DNA of 64,000 nt from an uncultured bacterium (GCA_903847945.1 CAINEY010000021.1:19501-83500); one strand, 5' to 3'; positions 9,404 to 18,686 are shown, numbered from the stretch's first letter. Notes: generated by a model not told the origin, from the letters alone. A program made the numbers and translations.

Positions 9404-11405
9404 TACCTTCCTTTTGGCCTTGGTGGAGAATGTGGAAATGCTGATTGCGTTGAGTGCGCTTTCGCAAGTCATCACCTTGCTGGATCGTAAACGCCCATGG
9501 TGGGAATCCGTGGTGCGTGGAATCGTGTTTGGACTTGTGGGTATTTTGATCATGATGTTCCCGTACACGTTGGAAGAAGGTATCACGTTTGATTCCCGTT
9601 CGGTGCTGCTTAGTTTGACCGGGCTATTCTATGGTCCGGTGACCACGATGATCGCCACAGGCCTGGTTTTGGTGGTGCGGATCTGGCGGGGTGGGGCTGG
9701 GGTTTGGATGGGGGCTTCAGTCATCCTGAGCTCGGCCTTGATCGGCTACTTTTGGCGCAAGATCCCCTGGTTTAGGAAACACCCCGGAACCTGGTTCGAA
9801 TTCTATGCATTGGGACTCAGTGTCCATGCGCTGATGGTGCTTTTAATGTTCTTGTTGCCTTCAAGTGTCATCCATCAAACGCAAGTCATGGTGGGTATTC
9901 CGGTGTTGATCACCTTTCCGATCGTGACCATCATTATCGGGAAACTCCTGAGCTTTCAAATCGATCGTCACATTGCTGCCCGACGCTTGGCTCATGCGGA
10001 AAAACAGTTGCGGACCATCTACAACAATGCCCCCATCGGAATCTTCCAAGCCGATCTGGATGGAAAATTGCTCAATGTCAACGCAGATTTTGCAACCATG
10101 TTGGGACAGTCGGAGTCATCCTTGGTTGGAAGCTCGTTGTTGAACGGGTTTACATTGCCCCTTCAACAAGCCCTTTCCGGAACGTTCAACCGTTTCAAAC
10201 AAGACACCTCCGAAGCCTTTCAGGTCGATGCTCAACTGATTACAGCCCACGGAAAAGCCATCTGGGTCTCCCTGCGCCTAAATCCGTTAACGCAAGACGA
10301 TGATCAAACTGTGGTGATCGGTTCCCTTCAAGACATTACCCAACGCAAATCCTCGGAACAGCTCTTTGAATTCCTGGCGACCCATGACGCTTTGACCGGC
10401 GCTTATAATCATCGGCACTTGGAAGAACGCATCGCTCAGTTGGAAGCAGAACACCGCTATCCCGAACCGGTCATCTGTGTCGATGTGGACAACCTGAAAC
10501 TGGTCAATGATGCCTTCGGCTACCATGCCGGAGATGAGCTCTTGCGTCAAACCTACAATGCTATCGCGTCGACACTCAACACGTCGGAGGAAATCTTCCG
10601 CGTCTCTTCAAGTCTCTTTGTGATCTTGGTTCCGTTCTTATCGGGGCAGGATCCGGAATGGCTGATCCGAAAACTGCATCGAGCCATTGAAGCCATTCGC
10701 ATCGATCGCATCGAACCCTCGGCTTCCATCGGGTATGCCCAACGGGACATCCACGATCGCATCCATGATCAGATCGAAGCCGCCGAAAAACACATGCGCC
10801 GGGAGAAACTGTTGACCAAAGACAAGACGGTCAACAACATGATCGATGTCATCATGAAATCCTTGTATGCGAAGAATCCGCGTGAAAGCGATCATTCGCA
10901 ACGGGTCAGCCGTATTGCGGTCAACCTAGGTAAACGTATGGCCTTGGATAAACACAGCCTGGAGAAGATCCGGATTGCCGGTTTGATGCATGATATCGGA
11001 AAGATCGGAATCCCTGAAACGATTCTCGATAAGACCGGCCCCCTCACCGAAACTGAACGGGCTGAAATGCAGGAACACGCGGTTATCGGGTATCGGATCC
11101 TCAACGCCACCAGTGAGTTTGCGGAGATCTCCGACATCATCCTCTCCCACCACGAACGCTGGGATGGAACCGGCTATCCCCGGGGATTGACTGCCGTGGA
11201 GATTCCTTTGGTGGCTCGTCTGATTGCCGTCGCGGATGCGTTTGATGCGATGACCTCCGATCGGCCTTACCGTAAAGCCTTAACGACAACTCACGCTTTG
11301 GAAGAACTGCGCAACCGTGCCGGAACACAGTTCGATCCGGATGCGGTCAATGTGCTTCTCGCACATTCAAAATCCATTCTCGCTGATGAAAAAACAACCG
11401 CTTAA
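9396..11405 (+). CDS. Membrane signalling protein: 5TMR-LYT sensor, PAS, degenerate GGDEF, HD-GYP phosphodiesterase
   Basis: N-terminal LytS-type 5-TM block and a PAS domain (NAPIGIFQADLDGKLLNVN). The GGDEF position reads SSSLF. HD-GYP is intact (HDIGKIGIP, HHERWDGTGYPRGL). ATG 9396 has a GGGAGGG RBS and overlaps the upstream stop by 8 nt. Confidence 0.85.
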   Translation: MNSTFLLALVENVEMLIALSALSQVITLLDRKRPWWESVVRGIVFGLVGILIMMFPYTLEEGITFDSRSVLLSLTGLFYGPVTTMIATGLVLVVRIWRGGAGVWMGASVILSSALIGYFWRKIPWFRKHPGTWFEFYALGLSVHALMVLLMFLLPSSVIHQTQVMVGIPVLITFPIVTIIIGKLLSFQIDRHIAARRLAHAEKQLRTIYNNAPIGIFQADLDGKLLNVNADFATMLGQSESSLVGSSLLNGFTLPLQQALSGTFNRFKQDTSEAFQVDAQLITAHGKAIWVSLRLNPLTQDDDQTVVIGSLQDITQRKSSEQLFEFLATHDALTGAYNHRHLEERIAQLEAEHRYPEPVICVDVDNLKLVNDAFGYHAGDELLRQTYNAIASTLNTSEEIFRVSSSLFVILVPFLSGQDPEWLIRKLHRAIEAIRIDRIEPSASIGYAQRDIHDRIHDQIEAAEKHMRREKLLTKDKTVNNMIDVIMKSLYAKNPRESDHSQRVSRIAVNLGKRMALDKHSLEKIRIAGLMHDIGKIGIPETILDKTGPLTETERAEMQEHAVIGYRILNATSEFAEISDIILSHHERWDGTGYPRGLTAVEIPLVARLIAVADAFDAMTSDRPYRKALTTTHALEELRNRAGTQFDPDAVNVLLAHSKSILADEKTTA

Positions 11406-11416
11406 GCGGTTGTTTC
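11391..11416. terminator. Bidirectional hairpin spanning the two convergent stop codons
   Basis: AAACAACCGC-TTAA-GCGGTTGTTT is a perfect palindrome. Confidence 0.6.
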
Positions 11417-11680
11417 TGAATGATCCAGTTGAAGATTTCGGAAGTAGAGCCCGATATCGGTAGCCACCATCACAAAGTTCAAACAGTAGAAGAACAACAC
11501 ATACGTGATCTTTCCGCTTAAGAACTTCGAGGTGATCCCAAAGGCATACCCGGCTAAGATCATCAACAGGAAGAACAGGCTCTTTCCTTTGGTGGTCTTG
11601 GCCCGATAGGATTTAAGGATCGATAGGGGCCACGAGATCCCAAAACTCACCACCATCAACACTTCAAACAGTTCAGCCAT
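11402..11680 (-). CDS. Small 3-TM PQ-loop/SemiSWEET-like membrane protein
   Basis: 92 aa with three predicted TM helices. WPLSILKSYRAKTTKG resembles a PQ-loop motif. GGGAGGA RBS. Confidence 0.5.
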   Translation of the reverse strand: MAELFEVLMVVSFGISWPLSILKSYRAKTTKGKSLFFLLMILAGYAFGITSKFLSGKITYVLFFYCLNFVMVATDIGLYFRNLQLDHSETTA

Positions 11681-11771
11681 GATTCCTCCCGCTTAAGCCG
11701 TGCACTTACGCTTCTACTTTACCAAACTTCCGTGCGATACGGAAATCTTTTTAAAGTATGAGCATTTCCTC

Positions 11772-11800
11772 TTGTAATTCAAGTTCTGTCCCTATATAAT
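11772..11800 (+). promoter_or_regulatory. Sigma-A type promoter for the rhodanese gene
   Basis: TTGTAA-17 nt-TATAAT, 27 nt upstream of ATG 11828. Confidence 0.5.
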
Positions 11801-11827
11801 GGGAGCGTTCACGAAAGGAATCCGCGC

Positions 11828-12154
11828 ATGTTTAACTTTGCCTCCAACACCCAATTGTCTCAAGATCAAGCCTACCAACAACTCAAGAATGATTCATCGA
11901 TTACACTGCTCGATGTCCGTACGGAAGAAGAATACACCGAAGATGGTCACATCGCCGGCAGTGTCAATGTCCCGCTGCATCTTCTGCCGATGAATGTCGC
12001 TAAAGCACTTCCCGATAAGAATGCTCAGGTCTTTGTGATCTGTTACAGTGGAGCCCGGGCTTCCGATGCGGTCAACTACCTGAAACGCTTAGGTTACACA
12101 AAAGTCTTCAACATCGGTGGTGTTGCCACCTGGCGTTACGGACTGACCCGATAA
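11828..12154 (+). CDS. Rhodanese-like sulfurtransferase domain protein
   Basis: LLDVRTEEEY..GHIAGSVNVP and the active-site loop CYSGARAS. Confidence 0.85.
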   Translation: MFNFASNTQLSQDQAYQQLKNDSSITLLDVRTEEEYTEDGHIAGSVNVPLHLLPMNVAKALPDKNAQVFVICYSGARASDAVNYLKRLGYTKVFNIGGVATWRYGLTR

Positions 12155-12165
12155 CCCAAACAATC

Positions 12166-12187
12166 GCCGTCGCAAGACGGCTTTTTC
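12166..12187 (+). terminator. Intrinsic terminator
   Basis: GCCGTC-GCAA-GACGGC followed by TTTTT. Confidence 0.75.
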
Positions 12188-12230
12188 TTGGGAAAATGCG
12201 CTACAATGAATCCGATAAAGGAGTTTATCG

Positions 12231-12743
12231 ATGATCCGATCTGCGACCTTGGATGATTGTGAAGCCATTTCCGCCATTTTCAATGCGGCACTCAAAACCA
12301 CCACATCGGTTTACGCTTATGTGGAAGAGACCGTGGACGATCGTCGTGAGTGGTTAATCGAGAAACAAGAGGCCAACCTTCCCGTGATCGTTGAAGAACG
12401 AAACGGAGAAGTCGTCGGATTTGCGACCTACGGGTCGTTTCGAGCCCGTCCGGCTTATCACTACACCGCCGAACATTCCGTCTACGTGGCGGTTCCGTGG
12501 CGTCGTCAAGGTATCGGTGAAGCTTTATTGGTGGCCATCATCGAGGAAGCGCATCGTCATGAGCTAAAAACGTTAGTGGGGGGAATCGACAGTGCGAACA
12601 CGGAGAGTGTTGCCTTGCACCTCAAACACAGCTTTGTTTATCGTGGAACCCTTCCGAAAGTCGGGTATAAGTTTGGGCGATGGTTGGACTTGTCCTTTTA
12701 TACCTTGGAATTGCCGGGTCCAAAGCACCCGGAGGAAAAATAA
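12231..12743 (+). CDS. GNAT N-acetyltransferase (phosphinothricin/L-amino-acid acetyltransferase-like)
   Basis: MIRSATLDDCEAISAIFN.. and the acetyl-CoA motif RRQGIGEALL. Confidence 0.85.
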   Translation: MIRSATLDDCEAISAIFNAALKTTTSVYAYVEETVDDRREWLIEKQEANLPVIVEERNGEVVGFATYGSFRARPAYHYTAEHSVYVAVPWRRQGIGEALLVAIIEEAHRHELKTLVGGIDSANTESVALHLKHSFVYRGTLPKVGYKFGRWLDLSFYTLELPGPKHPEEK

Positions 12744-12745
12744 AC

Positions 12746-13615
12746 ATGAAGGATGCTTTAAAAGGACGCAAGGTCAACGTGATCTGTGTTGGAGCCCAGA
12801 AATCCGGAACGACTACGCTTTATACGATCTTGACCAAACATCCTGAATTTACCTTTGCGCACATCAAAGAAGTGCAGTATTTCGCCACCGATCCCTATAC
12901 CGCGAATCATTTGGCGTACCATGCCCATTACCGCGGTCGTGAACTGAATCGGTGGATCGCGGATTTTACCCCACGCTACTTGGCTCATCCGGATGCCGCT
13001 TCCCGCATCGCGGCCTATAACCCGGACACGCACATTATTATTTTGTTGCGGGATCCGGTTCAACGTGCCATCTCGCACTACCAGATGAAGATCCGAAACG
13101 GTAATGAGAAACGGCCGTTTGCGGAAGTTGTCCAAACCGATATCGAAGCACTCAAAAAAGGGATTACCGTTGAGACTGGGCAATCGGTGGTAGGTCGTGG
13201 ACTCTACGCGGCTCAAATCGCCCGTTACGATGCGCTCTTTCCGAACAAACAGATCCATGTGATGCGCTTTGACGACCTGGTGAAATACCAGGAAGCTACA
13301 GTCAATGCGTTATTGGAGAGACTGGGAAGTGCTCCGATCATGTTGTCCGAGACGGTTCACGCCAATCCAGCTTTTGAACCGCAATTGAAGCGGGTCTGGA
13401 AAGTCGTCTCTCGCTTACCAATGGTTTATACGGCCCGTTTACGGATGCTTCTGCGTAATCAATCCCGACGCTCAATCACCCAAACCACGCCTCAAATCGA
13501 CGAAGCCACATTGACATTGCTTCGCGCGTTTTATCGCGAGGATCTGTTGACGCTTCAAACTCGAACCGATTGGGACTTGTCCGACTGGATGAAGATCCCC
13601 GGGGAGGTTCTGTAA
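12746..13615 (+). CDS. PAPS-dependent sulfotransferase family protein
   Basis: 5'-PSB loop GAQKSGTTTL and 3'-PB motif LLRDPVQRAISHY. ATG 12746 lies 2 nt after the GNAT stop and has a GGAGGA RBS. Confidence 0.75.
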   Translation: MKDALKGRKVNVICVGAQKSGTTTLYTILTKHPEFTFAHIKEVQYFATDPYTANHLAYHAHYRGRELNRWIADFTPRYLAHPDAASRIAAYNPDTHIIILLRDPVQRAISHYQMKIRNGNEKRPFAEVVQTDIEALKKGITVETGQSVVGRGLYAAQIARYDALFPNKQIHVMRFDDLVKYQEATVNALLERLGSAPIMLSETVHANPAFEPQLKRVWKVVSRLPMVYTARLRMLLRNQSRRSITQTTPQIDEATLTLLRAFYREDLLTLQTRTDWDLSDWMKIPGEVL

Positions 13616-14803
13616 GTGTTACTCAGTATCGCTCTGATCGTCATGGTTGGTTTTGTGTTTGGTGGATTACTTCAACGCGTAGGCGTACCCAGTCTTATCG
13701 GAATGATGGCCGCTGGAGTGGTGTTGGGTCCGACGATGCTCAACCTGATTGATCCCAAAGTCATGTTGATTGCGCCGGATCTGCGTCAAATGGCGTTGAT
13801 TGTGATCTTGTTGCGTGCCGGATTAGCACTAGATCTGAAGGATCTTCAGGCGATCGGTCGTCCGGCGGTCTTGTTGAGTTTTGTGCCGGCGACATTTGAA
13901 CTGTTAGCCGTCATGGGACTCTCGCACTTCTTACTTGGACTGAGTTGGTTGGATGGGGCTATTTTAGGGGCGATTTTAGCGGCTGTTTCACCGGCGGTTG
14001 TCGTTCCCCGCATGTTGAATCTGATAGAACGACAATGGAGACAGACGCATAAAGTACCGCAGTTGGTGATGGCGGGAGCCAGTGCCGATGATCTGTACGT
14101 CATCATGGTGTTTTCGATCCTGTTGGGCATTGCGACGGGAAACGGATGGTCCTGGACCATGCTTCCCGAACTTCCTATTTCAATCATTCTCGGCATGGTG
14201 CTAGGGTATTTGTCGGGATGGGGATTAGTGCTTGTGTTCAAACGCGTTCACATGCGTGATACCGTTAAAGTGTTGGTGATGCTCAGTGCGTCCTTCCTGA
14301 TGGTTGCCTTAGAGCCGTTGATTCCGGCGATTCCGTATTCCGGACTGTTGGGGGTCATGAGCTTAGGAGTGGCCATCCTTCACCGTTATCCGCTCTTAGC
14401 GAAACGCATTACCGGAAAGTTTGCGAAAATCTGGGTGGCCTCTGAATTGATGCTGTTTGCCTTGGTTGGGGCTGCCGTAGATTTCTCCGTGTTGGGACAA
14501 GCCGGTTTCTTGGCGTTTATGGTAGTGGTGGGAGCGTTGATGGTCCGTATGGTGGGGGTAGGGGCCAGTCTCCTCAAAACACCATTGACGATGAAAGAGC
14601 GTTTGTTTGTTGCCTTGGCGTACTTGCCCAAAGCTACCGTTCAAGCCGCCATCGGATCCATTCCTTTGGCGATGGGACTGCCGTCTGGAGGACTGATCCT
14701 CAGCATTGCGGTTCTGGCTATCGTCATATCTGCGCCGTTGGGTGCCTTGGCGATCGATTACAGTGCCTCACAACTCTTGGGTCATTCGCACGCAACGCGT
14801 TGA
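13616..14803 (+). CDS. Cation:proton antiporter (Na+/H+ exchanger family)
   Basis: Polytopic 395-aa protein with N-terminus LLQRVGVPSLIGMMAAGVVLGP. The GTG start immediately follows the sulfotransferase stop. Confidence 0.8.
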   Translation: MLLSIALIVMVGFVFGGLLQRVGVPSLIGMMAAGVVLGPTMLNLIDPKVMLIAPDLRQMALIVILLRAGLALDLKDLQAIGRPAVLLSFVPATFELLAVMGLSHFLLGLSWLDGAILGAILAAVSPAVVVPRMLNLIERQWRQTHKVPQLVMAGASADDLYVIMVFSILLGIATGNGWSWTMLPELPISIILGMVLGYLSGWGLVLVFKRVHMRDTVKVLVMLSASFLMVALEPLIPAIPYSGLLGVMSLGVAILHRYPLLAKRITGKFAKIWVASELMLFALVGAAVDFSVLGQAGFLAFMVVVGALMVRMVGVGASLLKTPLTMKERLFVALAYLPKATVQAAIGSIPLAMGLPSGGLILSIAVLAIVISAPLGALAIDYSASQLLGHSHATR

Positions 14804-14837
14804 CCCGTGATACAATGACCTTAATCAGGAGGTGTCT

Positions 14838-15128
14838 ATGACCAAACGCATCATGACCTTCGTTTTTCTTGGTTTTGTTTTAGTAGCCTTAACCGGTTGC
14901 ATTCCCGGTGATGGCAGCGCAAGTGCTTCGGATCCGGCCGGTTTCTTGTGGGGCATTTGGCATGGGTGGTTGGCTCCCTTGACGCTGATCATCGGGATCT
15001 TCGATCACAACATTCGCGTCTATGAAGTCTATAATTCCGGCTGGTGGTATGACTTTGGGTTCTACATGGCCATCATTGCCGGTTTTGGAGGATTGGCATT
15101 AAGCCGTAAACGCAAGAAACGGAGCTGA
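14838..15128 (+). CDS. Small lipoprotein/membrane protein, function unknown
   Basis: Lipobox LVALTGC, a Trp-rich hydrophobic core and a basic tail RKRKKRS. AGGAGG lies 5 nt upstream of ATG 14838. Confidence 0.5.
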   Translation: MTKRIMTFVFLGFVLVALTGCIPGDGSASASDPAGFLWGIWHGWLAPLTLIIGIFDHNIRVYEVYNSGWWYDFGFYMAIIAGFGGLALSRKRKKRS

Positions 15129-15130
15129 AT

Positions 15131-16162
15131 ATGCAACGTGAGATCACGCAGCGCATTCCTTTACTGACCAGTAAAGGGCTTGTGAATCAGCCGGGCTATG
15201 CGCGAAAACCCTACTGGACCTATGATCGTTTAGACATCCGGGCCAGCAGTTACCGCATCAAAGAATGGGACTATTACTGCGTCATGAGCCCTGATTTCGG
15301 ATTGGCCCTGACCGTGGCAGATAATGGTTATATGGGTTTAGATTCAATCACCCTGTTTGATTTTGTCAATAAGACCGAGATCACCAAGAGCTTCATGCAA
15401 GCCTTTCCGATGGGTAAGAAGAAACTGCCGTTTTCCTCGCTCAAAGGGGATGTGATTGTTAAAGCCAAGGCCTACAACCTCGCCTTTACCCATGTCGGAA
15501 ATGCCCGAGTCCTGGACGTGTGTGTCAAGAATTTCAGCGGCAATCAAACCCTGAAAGCGAATTTGAAGCTCAGTGAAGAACCGCGTGACAGTTTAGTCAT
15601 TGCGACACCCTTTCACAAGAAGTATCATTTCTACTACAACCACAAGATCACCGGCTATCGGGCCAGCGGAGACATCACGCTGGGTTCAACGGTGATGAAG
15701 GTCGAACCGAACGAATCCTTTGCGGTACTCGATTGGGGACGTGGGGTGTGGACCTATTCCAACACATGGTATTGGGCCAATGCGGCCGGTATGCAGGGAA
15801 ATCATTTGGTGGGATTAAACCTCGGCTATGGCTTCGGGGATACCTCGGCGGCAACCGAAAACATGATCTTCGTGGATGGGATCGGTCATAAACTGACCGA
15901 TGTTCGCTTTGAGATCCCCTTGGATGAATCAGGAAAAGAGAAATACCTCGAACCTTGGCGTTTCACCAGTTCGGACAACCGCTTGACCTTGGATTTCCAA
16001 CCGATCCTGGACCGCAACTCCAACACGAAAGTCCTCTTCCTACAATCGGATCAGCACCAAGTCTTTGGGGAGTTCAGTGGAACGCTCGTGCTGGATGACG
16101 GATCCGTGTTGACCATTCATAACCTGCGGGGATTCGCCGAGAAAGTCATGAATCGCTGGTAA
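15131..16162 (+). CDS. DUF2804-like protein
   Basis: 343 aa, soluble. The IKEWDYYCV motif and the length match my recollection of DUF2804; this was not searched. Confidence 0.55.
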   Translation: MQREITQRIPLLTSKGLVNQPGYARKPYWTYDRLDIRASSYRIKEWDYYCVMSPDFGLALTVADNGYMGLDSITLFDFVNKTEITKSFMQAFPMGKKKLPFSSLKGDVIVKAKAYNLAFTHVGNARVLDVCVKNFSGNQTLKANLKLSEEPRDSLVIATPFHKKYHFYYNHKITGYRASGDITLGSTVMKVEPNESFAVLDWGRGVWTYSNTWYWANAAGMQGNHLVGLNLGYGFGDTSAATENMIFVDGIGHKLTDVRFEIPLDESGKEKYLEPWRFTSSDNRLTLDFQPILDRNSNTKVLFLQSDQHQVFGEFSGTLVLDDGSVLTIHNLRGFAEKVMNRW

Positions 16163-16182
16163 GCCGCGCAAGCGGCTTTTTT
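16161..16182 (+). terminator. Intrinsic terminator
   Basis: AAGCCGC-GCAA-GCGGCTT followed by TTTT. Confidence 0.8.
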
Positions 16183-16243
16183 CTTGACGCAACGCCTGCT
16201 TGTGTTATACTACACTTGAACAACTGTTCAAGTGTAGGAGGTT

Positions 16244-16600
16244 ATGATGAGCGAATCCCTGACGTGTGCGTATCAGTTTGTCCATGAGGAGACCGTCAAT
16301 GCCCTTCAAGCCAAGATCCTTCCGTCATCGACCTTAAATGATCTGGGAGAGTTCTTTAAAGTGTTTGGGGATCCTTCACGGCTCAAGATCCTGACACTTC
16401 TTCAACACGCTGAATTGTGCGTGTGTGATTTGGCGGCACTGGTGGACATGTCCATTTCGGCCGTCTCCCATCAGCTCAAGATCCTGCGTCAGTTCCGCCT
16501 GATCCGTTCCCGGCGTGAGGGAAAGAACGTGTTCTATGCCTTGGCTGATGACCATGTCTTGACCCTCATCACGCAAGCCTTAACCCACCTTTCGGAATAA
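16244..16600 (+). CDS. ArsR/SmtB family metalloregulator (CadC-like)
   Basis: LFKVFGDPSRLKILTLL..ELCVCDLAALVDMSISAVSHQLKILR. Confidence 0.85.
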   Translation: MMSESLTCAYQFVHEETVNALQAKILPSSTLNDLGEFFKVFGDPSRLKILTLLQHAELCVCDLAALVDMSISAVSHQLKILRQFRLIRSRREGKNVFYALADDHVLTLITQALTHLSE

Positions 16601-16610
16601 AGGAGACTTT

Positions 16611-16829
16611 ATGAAAAAAACCTATCGTTTAGAGAACTTGGATTGCGCCTCCTGCGCAGCCAAAATGGAAGACGGCATTCGCCAATTACCGGGCATTGAC
16701 GCGGCTTCCGTCAACTTTCTGACCAGTAAGCTCACGATTGAAATCAGTACCGAGGATTCCGGTGCCCTAGAGAAACAAATCAAAGCCATCGTTCGGAAGA
16801 TCGAACCGGATTGCGACGTGATCGGATGA
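16611..16829 (+). CDS. Stand-alone heavy-metal-associated (HMA) domain protein
   Basis: MKKTYRLENLDCASCAAKMEDGI.. carries the CxxC metal site. The stop TGA overlaps the ATG of the ATPase as ATGA. Confidence 0.8.
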   Translation: MKKTYRLENLDCASCAAKMEDGIRQLPGIDAASVNFLTSKLTIEISTEDSGALEKQIKAIVRKIEPDCDVIG

Positions 16830-18664
16830 CCCGCAGTCAACGCCGTGATCTCTATCGCATCCTGTTCAGTTTGGCTGGGCTTATCGGGCTCAGTCTTTTC
16901 AACGTAAACGGTTGGCTGATTGGGCTTTATCTCATTCCTTACCTGGTGATCGGTCACGATGTATTGCGTAAAGCCGTCAGAAATCTTCGGGCTCAGGCGT
17001 GGCTTGATGAGCATTTCTTGATGAGTATCGCAACGTTAGGTGCTTTTGCGATCGGTGAGTACCCGGAAGCGGTTGCGGTCATGATCTTTTACCAAGTCGG
17101 TGAACTCTTTCAGCGCATCGCCGTGGGGAAGAGCCGAAAATCGATTGCGTCACTAATGGATCTGCGTCCGGATCGGGCCACGGTGTGGCGGGATAACGCA
17201 TGGATCGAGGTCGATCCGGAATCGGTCGTGGTGGATGAACGCATCTTGGTGGTTCCCGGAGAACGGGTTCCGTTGGATGGTGTGCTCATCGAAGGCAGTG
17301 GTGTTGTGGATGCGTCGGCGTTGACCGGGGAATCTGTTCCTGTGGATGTCGCGGCAGGAGAAACGGTGCTCAGCGGCAGCGTCAACCTGCAGACCCCCTT
17401 GGAGATCCGGGTCAGTGCCCCGTACGGGGAGTCTACGGTCGCCAAGATCTTGGATCTGGTGGAAAATGCATCCTCGCATAAGGCAAAATCTGAATTGTTC
17501 ATTACGCGTTTTGCGCGTTGGTATACGCCTGCGGTGGTGATTGGAGCCCTCGTGGTGGCTTTGAGTTCACCGTTATGGAGCGTCGATTGGATCGAAGGAA
17601 TCCATCGGGCGTTGATCTTTTTGGTCGTCTCGTGTCCGTGTGCGCTCGTATTATCGGTTCCGTTGAGTTATGTCGGGGGAATCGGTGGTGCTGCCCGGCG
17701 TGGGATCTTGGTTAAAGGTGCGGATGTGCTGGATCGCTTGACGCAGGCGCATACGGTGATCTTTGATAAGACGGGTACGTTGACTCAAGGGAACTTCGTC
17801 GTCACGGACATCCATCCTGAACTGAAGTCAGCCGACGAGGTCTTGGCTTTAGCGTTCCTGGCTGAACGTTACTCTTCCCATCCCATCTCTATGGCCCTCA
17901 AAGCCGCGCATGTCACCCTTCCACTTGAGGTTAGCGTGGAAGATGTGGTGGAGGTGGCGGGAGAAGGGGTACAAGCCCGCATCAATCGACAAACCGTGTT
18001 GGTGGGCAACACCAAACTGATGGATCGTCATCGCATTGCGTGGTTACCCTGCGATCATCCCGGAAGCCTGGTTCACGTTGCCGTGGATGGGCTGTATCTG
18101 GGGCACATCGTGGTTTCCGATGAACTCAAACCGCAAGCCTTGGACACGATGATCGCCTTGCGACAACACGGAATCCAACGCTTAGCGCTGTTGACGGGAG
18201 ATCGTCAAGCGGTGGCGGATGCCGTAGGAAAACACTTGGATTTGGATGCGGTGCATGCGGAGCTCTTACCCGCGGATAAAGTCGACCAGATCGAACGGGT
18301 GATGAATGAAACCCCACCAGGAAAAGCCGTTCTCTTTGTCGGAGATGGCTTGAATGATGCCCCAGTATTAGCAAGAGCGGATATCGGGATCGCCATGGGA
18401 GCCCGCGGAACGGACGCGGCAATCGAAGCGGCGGATGTTGTGCTAATGGATGACAATCCCCTGAAAGTCGCTCACGTGGTCCAACTGGCGAAGAAGACGC
18501 GGACGATCGTCCTTCAAAACATCGGCTTTGCGTTAGGGATCAAAGCGTTGGTGTTGGCGCTAGGGACCGTGGGTGTTGCGACGATGTGGGAAGCCGTCTT
18601 TGCGGATGTGGGGGTGTCCGTATTGGCGATCCTCAATGCCATGCGGATGTTGAAACAGACTTAA
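16826..18664 (+). CDS. Heavy-metal translocating P1B-type ATPase (Cd/Zn/Co-type) without an N-terminal metal-binding domain
   Basis: CPC in TM6 (VSCPCALVLSVP), DKTGTLT, GDGLNDAP. I chose ATG 16826 because of the ATGA coupling. Confidence 0.9.
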   Translation: MTRSQRRDLYRILFSLAGLIGLSLFNVNGWLIGLYLIPYLVIGHDVLRKAVRNLRAQAWLDEHFLMSIATLGAFAIGEYPEAVAVMIFYQVGELFQRIAVGKSRKSIASLMDLRPDRATVWRDNAWIEVDPESVVVDERILVVPGERVPLDGVLIEGSGVVDASALTGESVPVDVAAGETVLSGSVNLQTPLEIRVSAPYGESTVAKILDLVENASSHKAKSELFITRFARWYTPAVVIGALVVALSSPLWSVDWIEGIHRALIFLVVSCPCALVLSVPLSYVGGIGGAARRGILVKGADVLDRLTQAHTVIFDKTGTLTQGNFVVTDIHPELKSADEVLALAFLAERYSSHPISMALKAAHVTLPLEVSVEDVVEVAGEGVQARINRQTVLVGNTKLMDRHRIAWLPCDHPGSLVHVAVDGLYLGHIVVSDELKPQALDTMIALRQHGIQRLALLTGDRQAVADAVGKHLDLDAVHAELLPADKVDQIERVMNETPPGKAVLFVGDGLNDAPVLARADIGIAMGARGTDAAIEAADVVLMDDNPLKVAHVVQLAKKTRTIVLQNIGFALGIKALVLALGTVGVATMWEAVFADVGVSVLAILNAMRMLKQT

Positions 18665-18686
18665 GCGCCTTTCGGCGCTTTTTTTA
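18663..18686. terminator. Bidirectional intrinsic terminator
   Basis: AAGCGCC-TTTC-GGCGCTT followed by TTTTT. Confidence 0.8.

Noticed and set aside
16811-16825. TTG 16811 could be the start of the P-type ATPase, giving MRRDRMTRSQ...
   Set aside because: ATG 16826 forms the classic ATGA stop/start overlap with the HMA ORF. The TTG extension would overlap that ORF by 19 nt and has no RBS.
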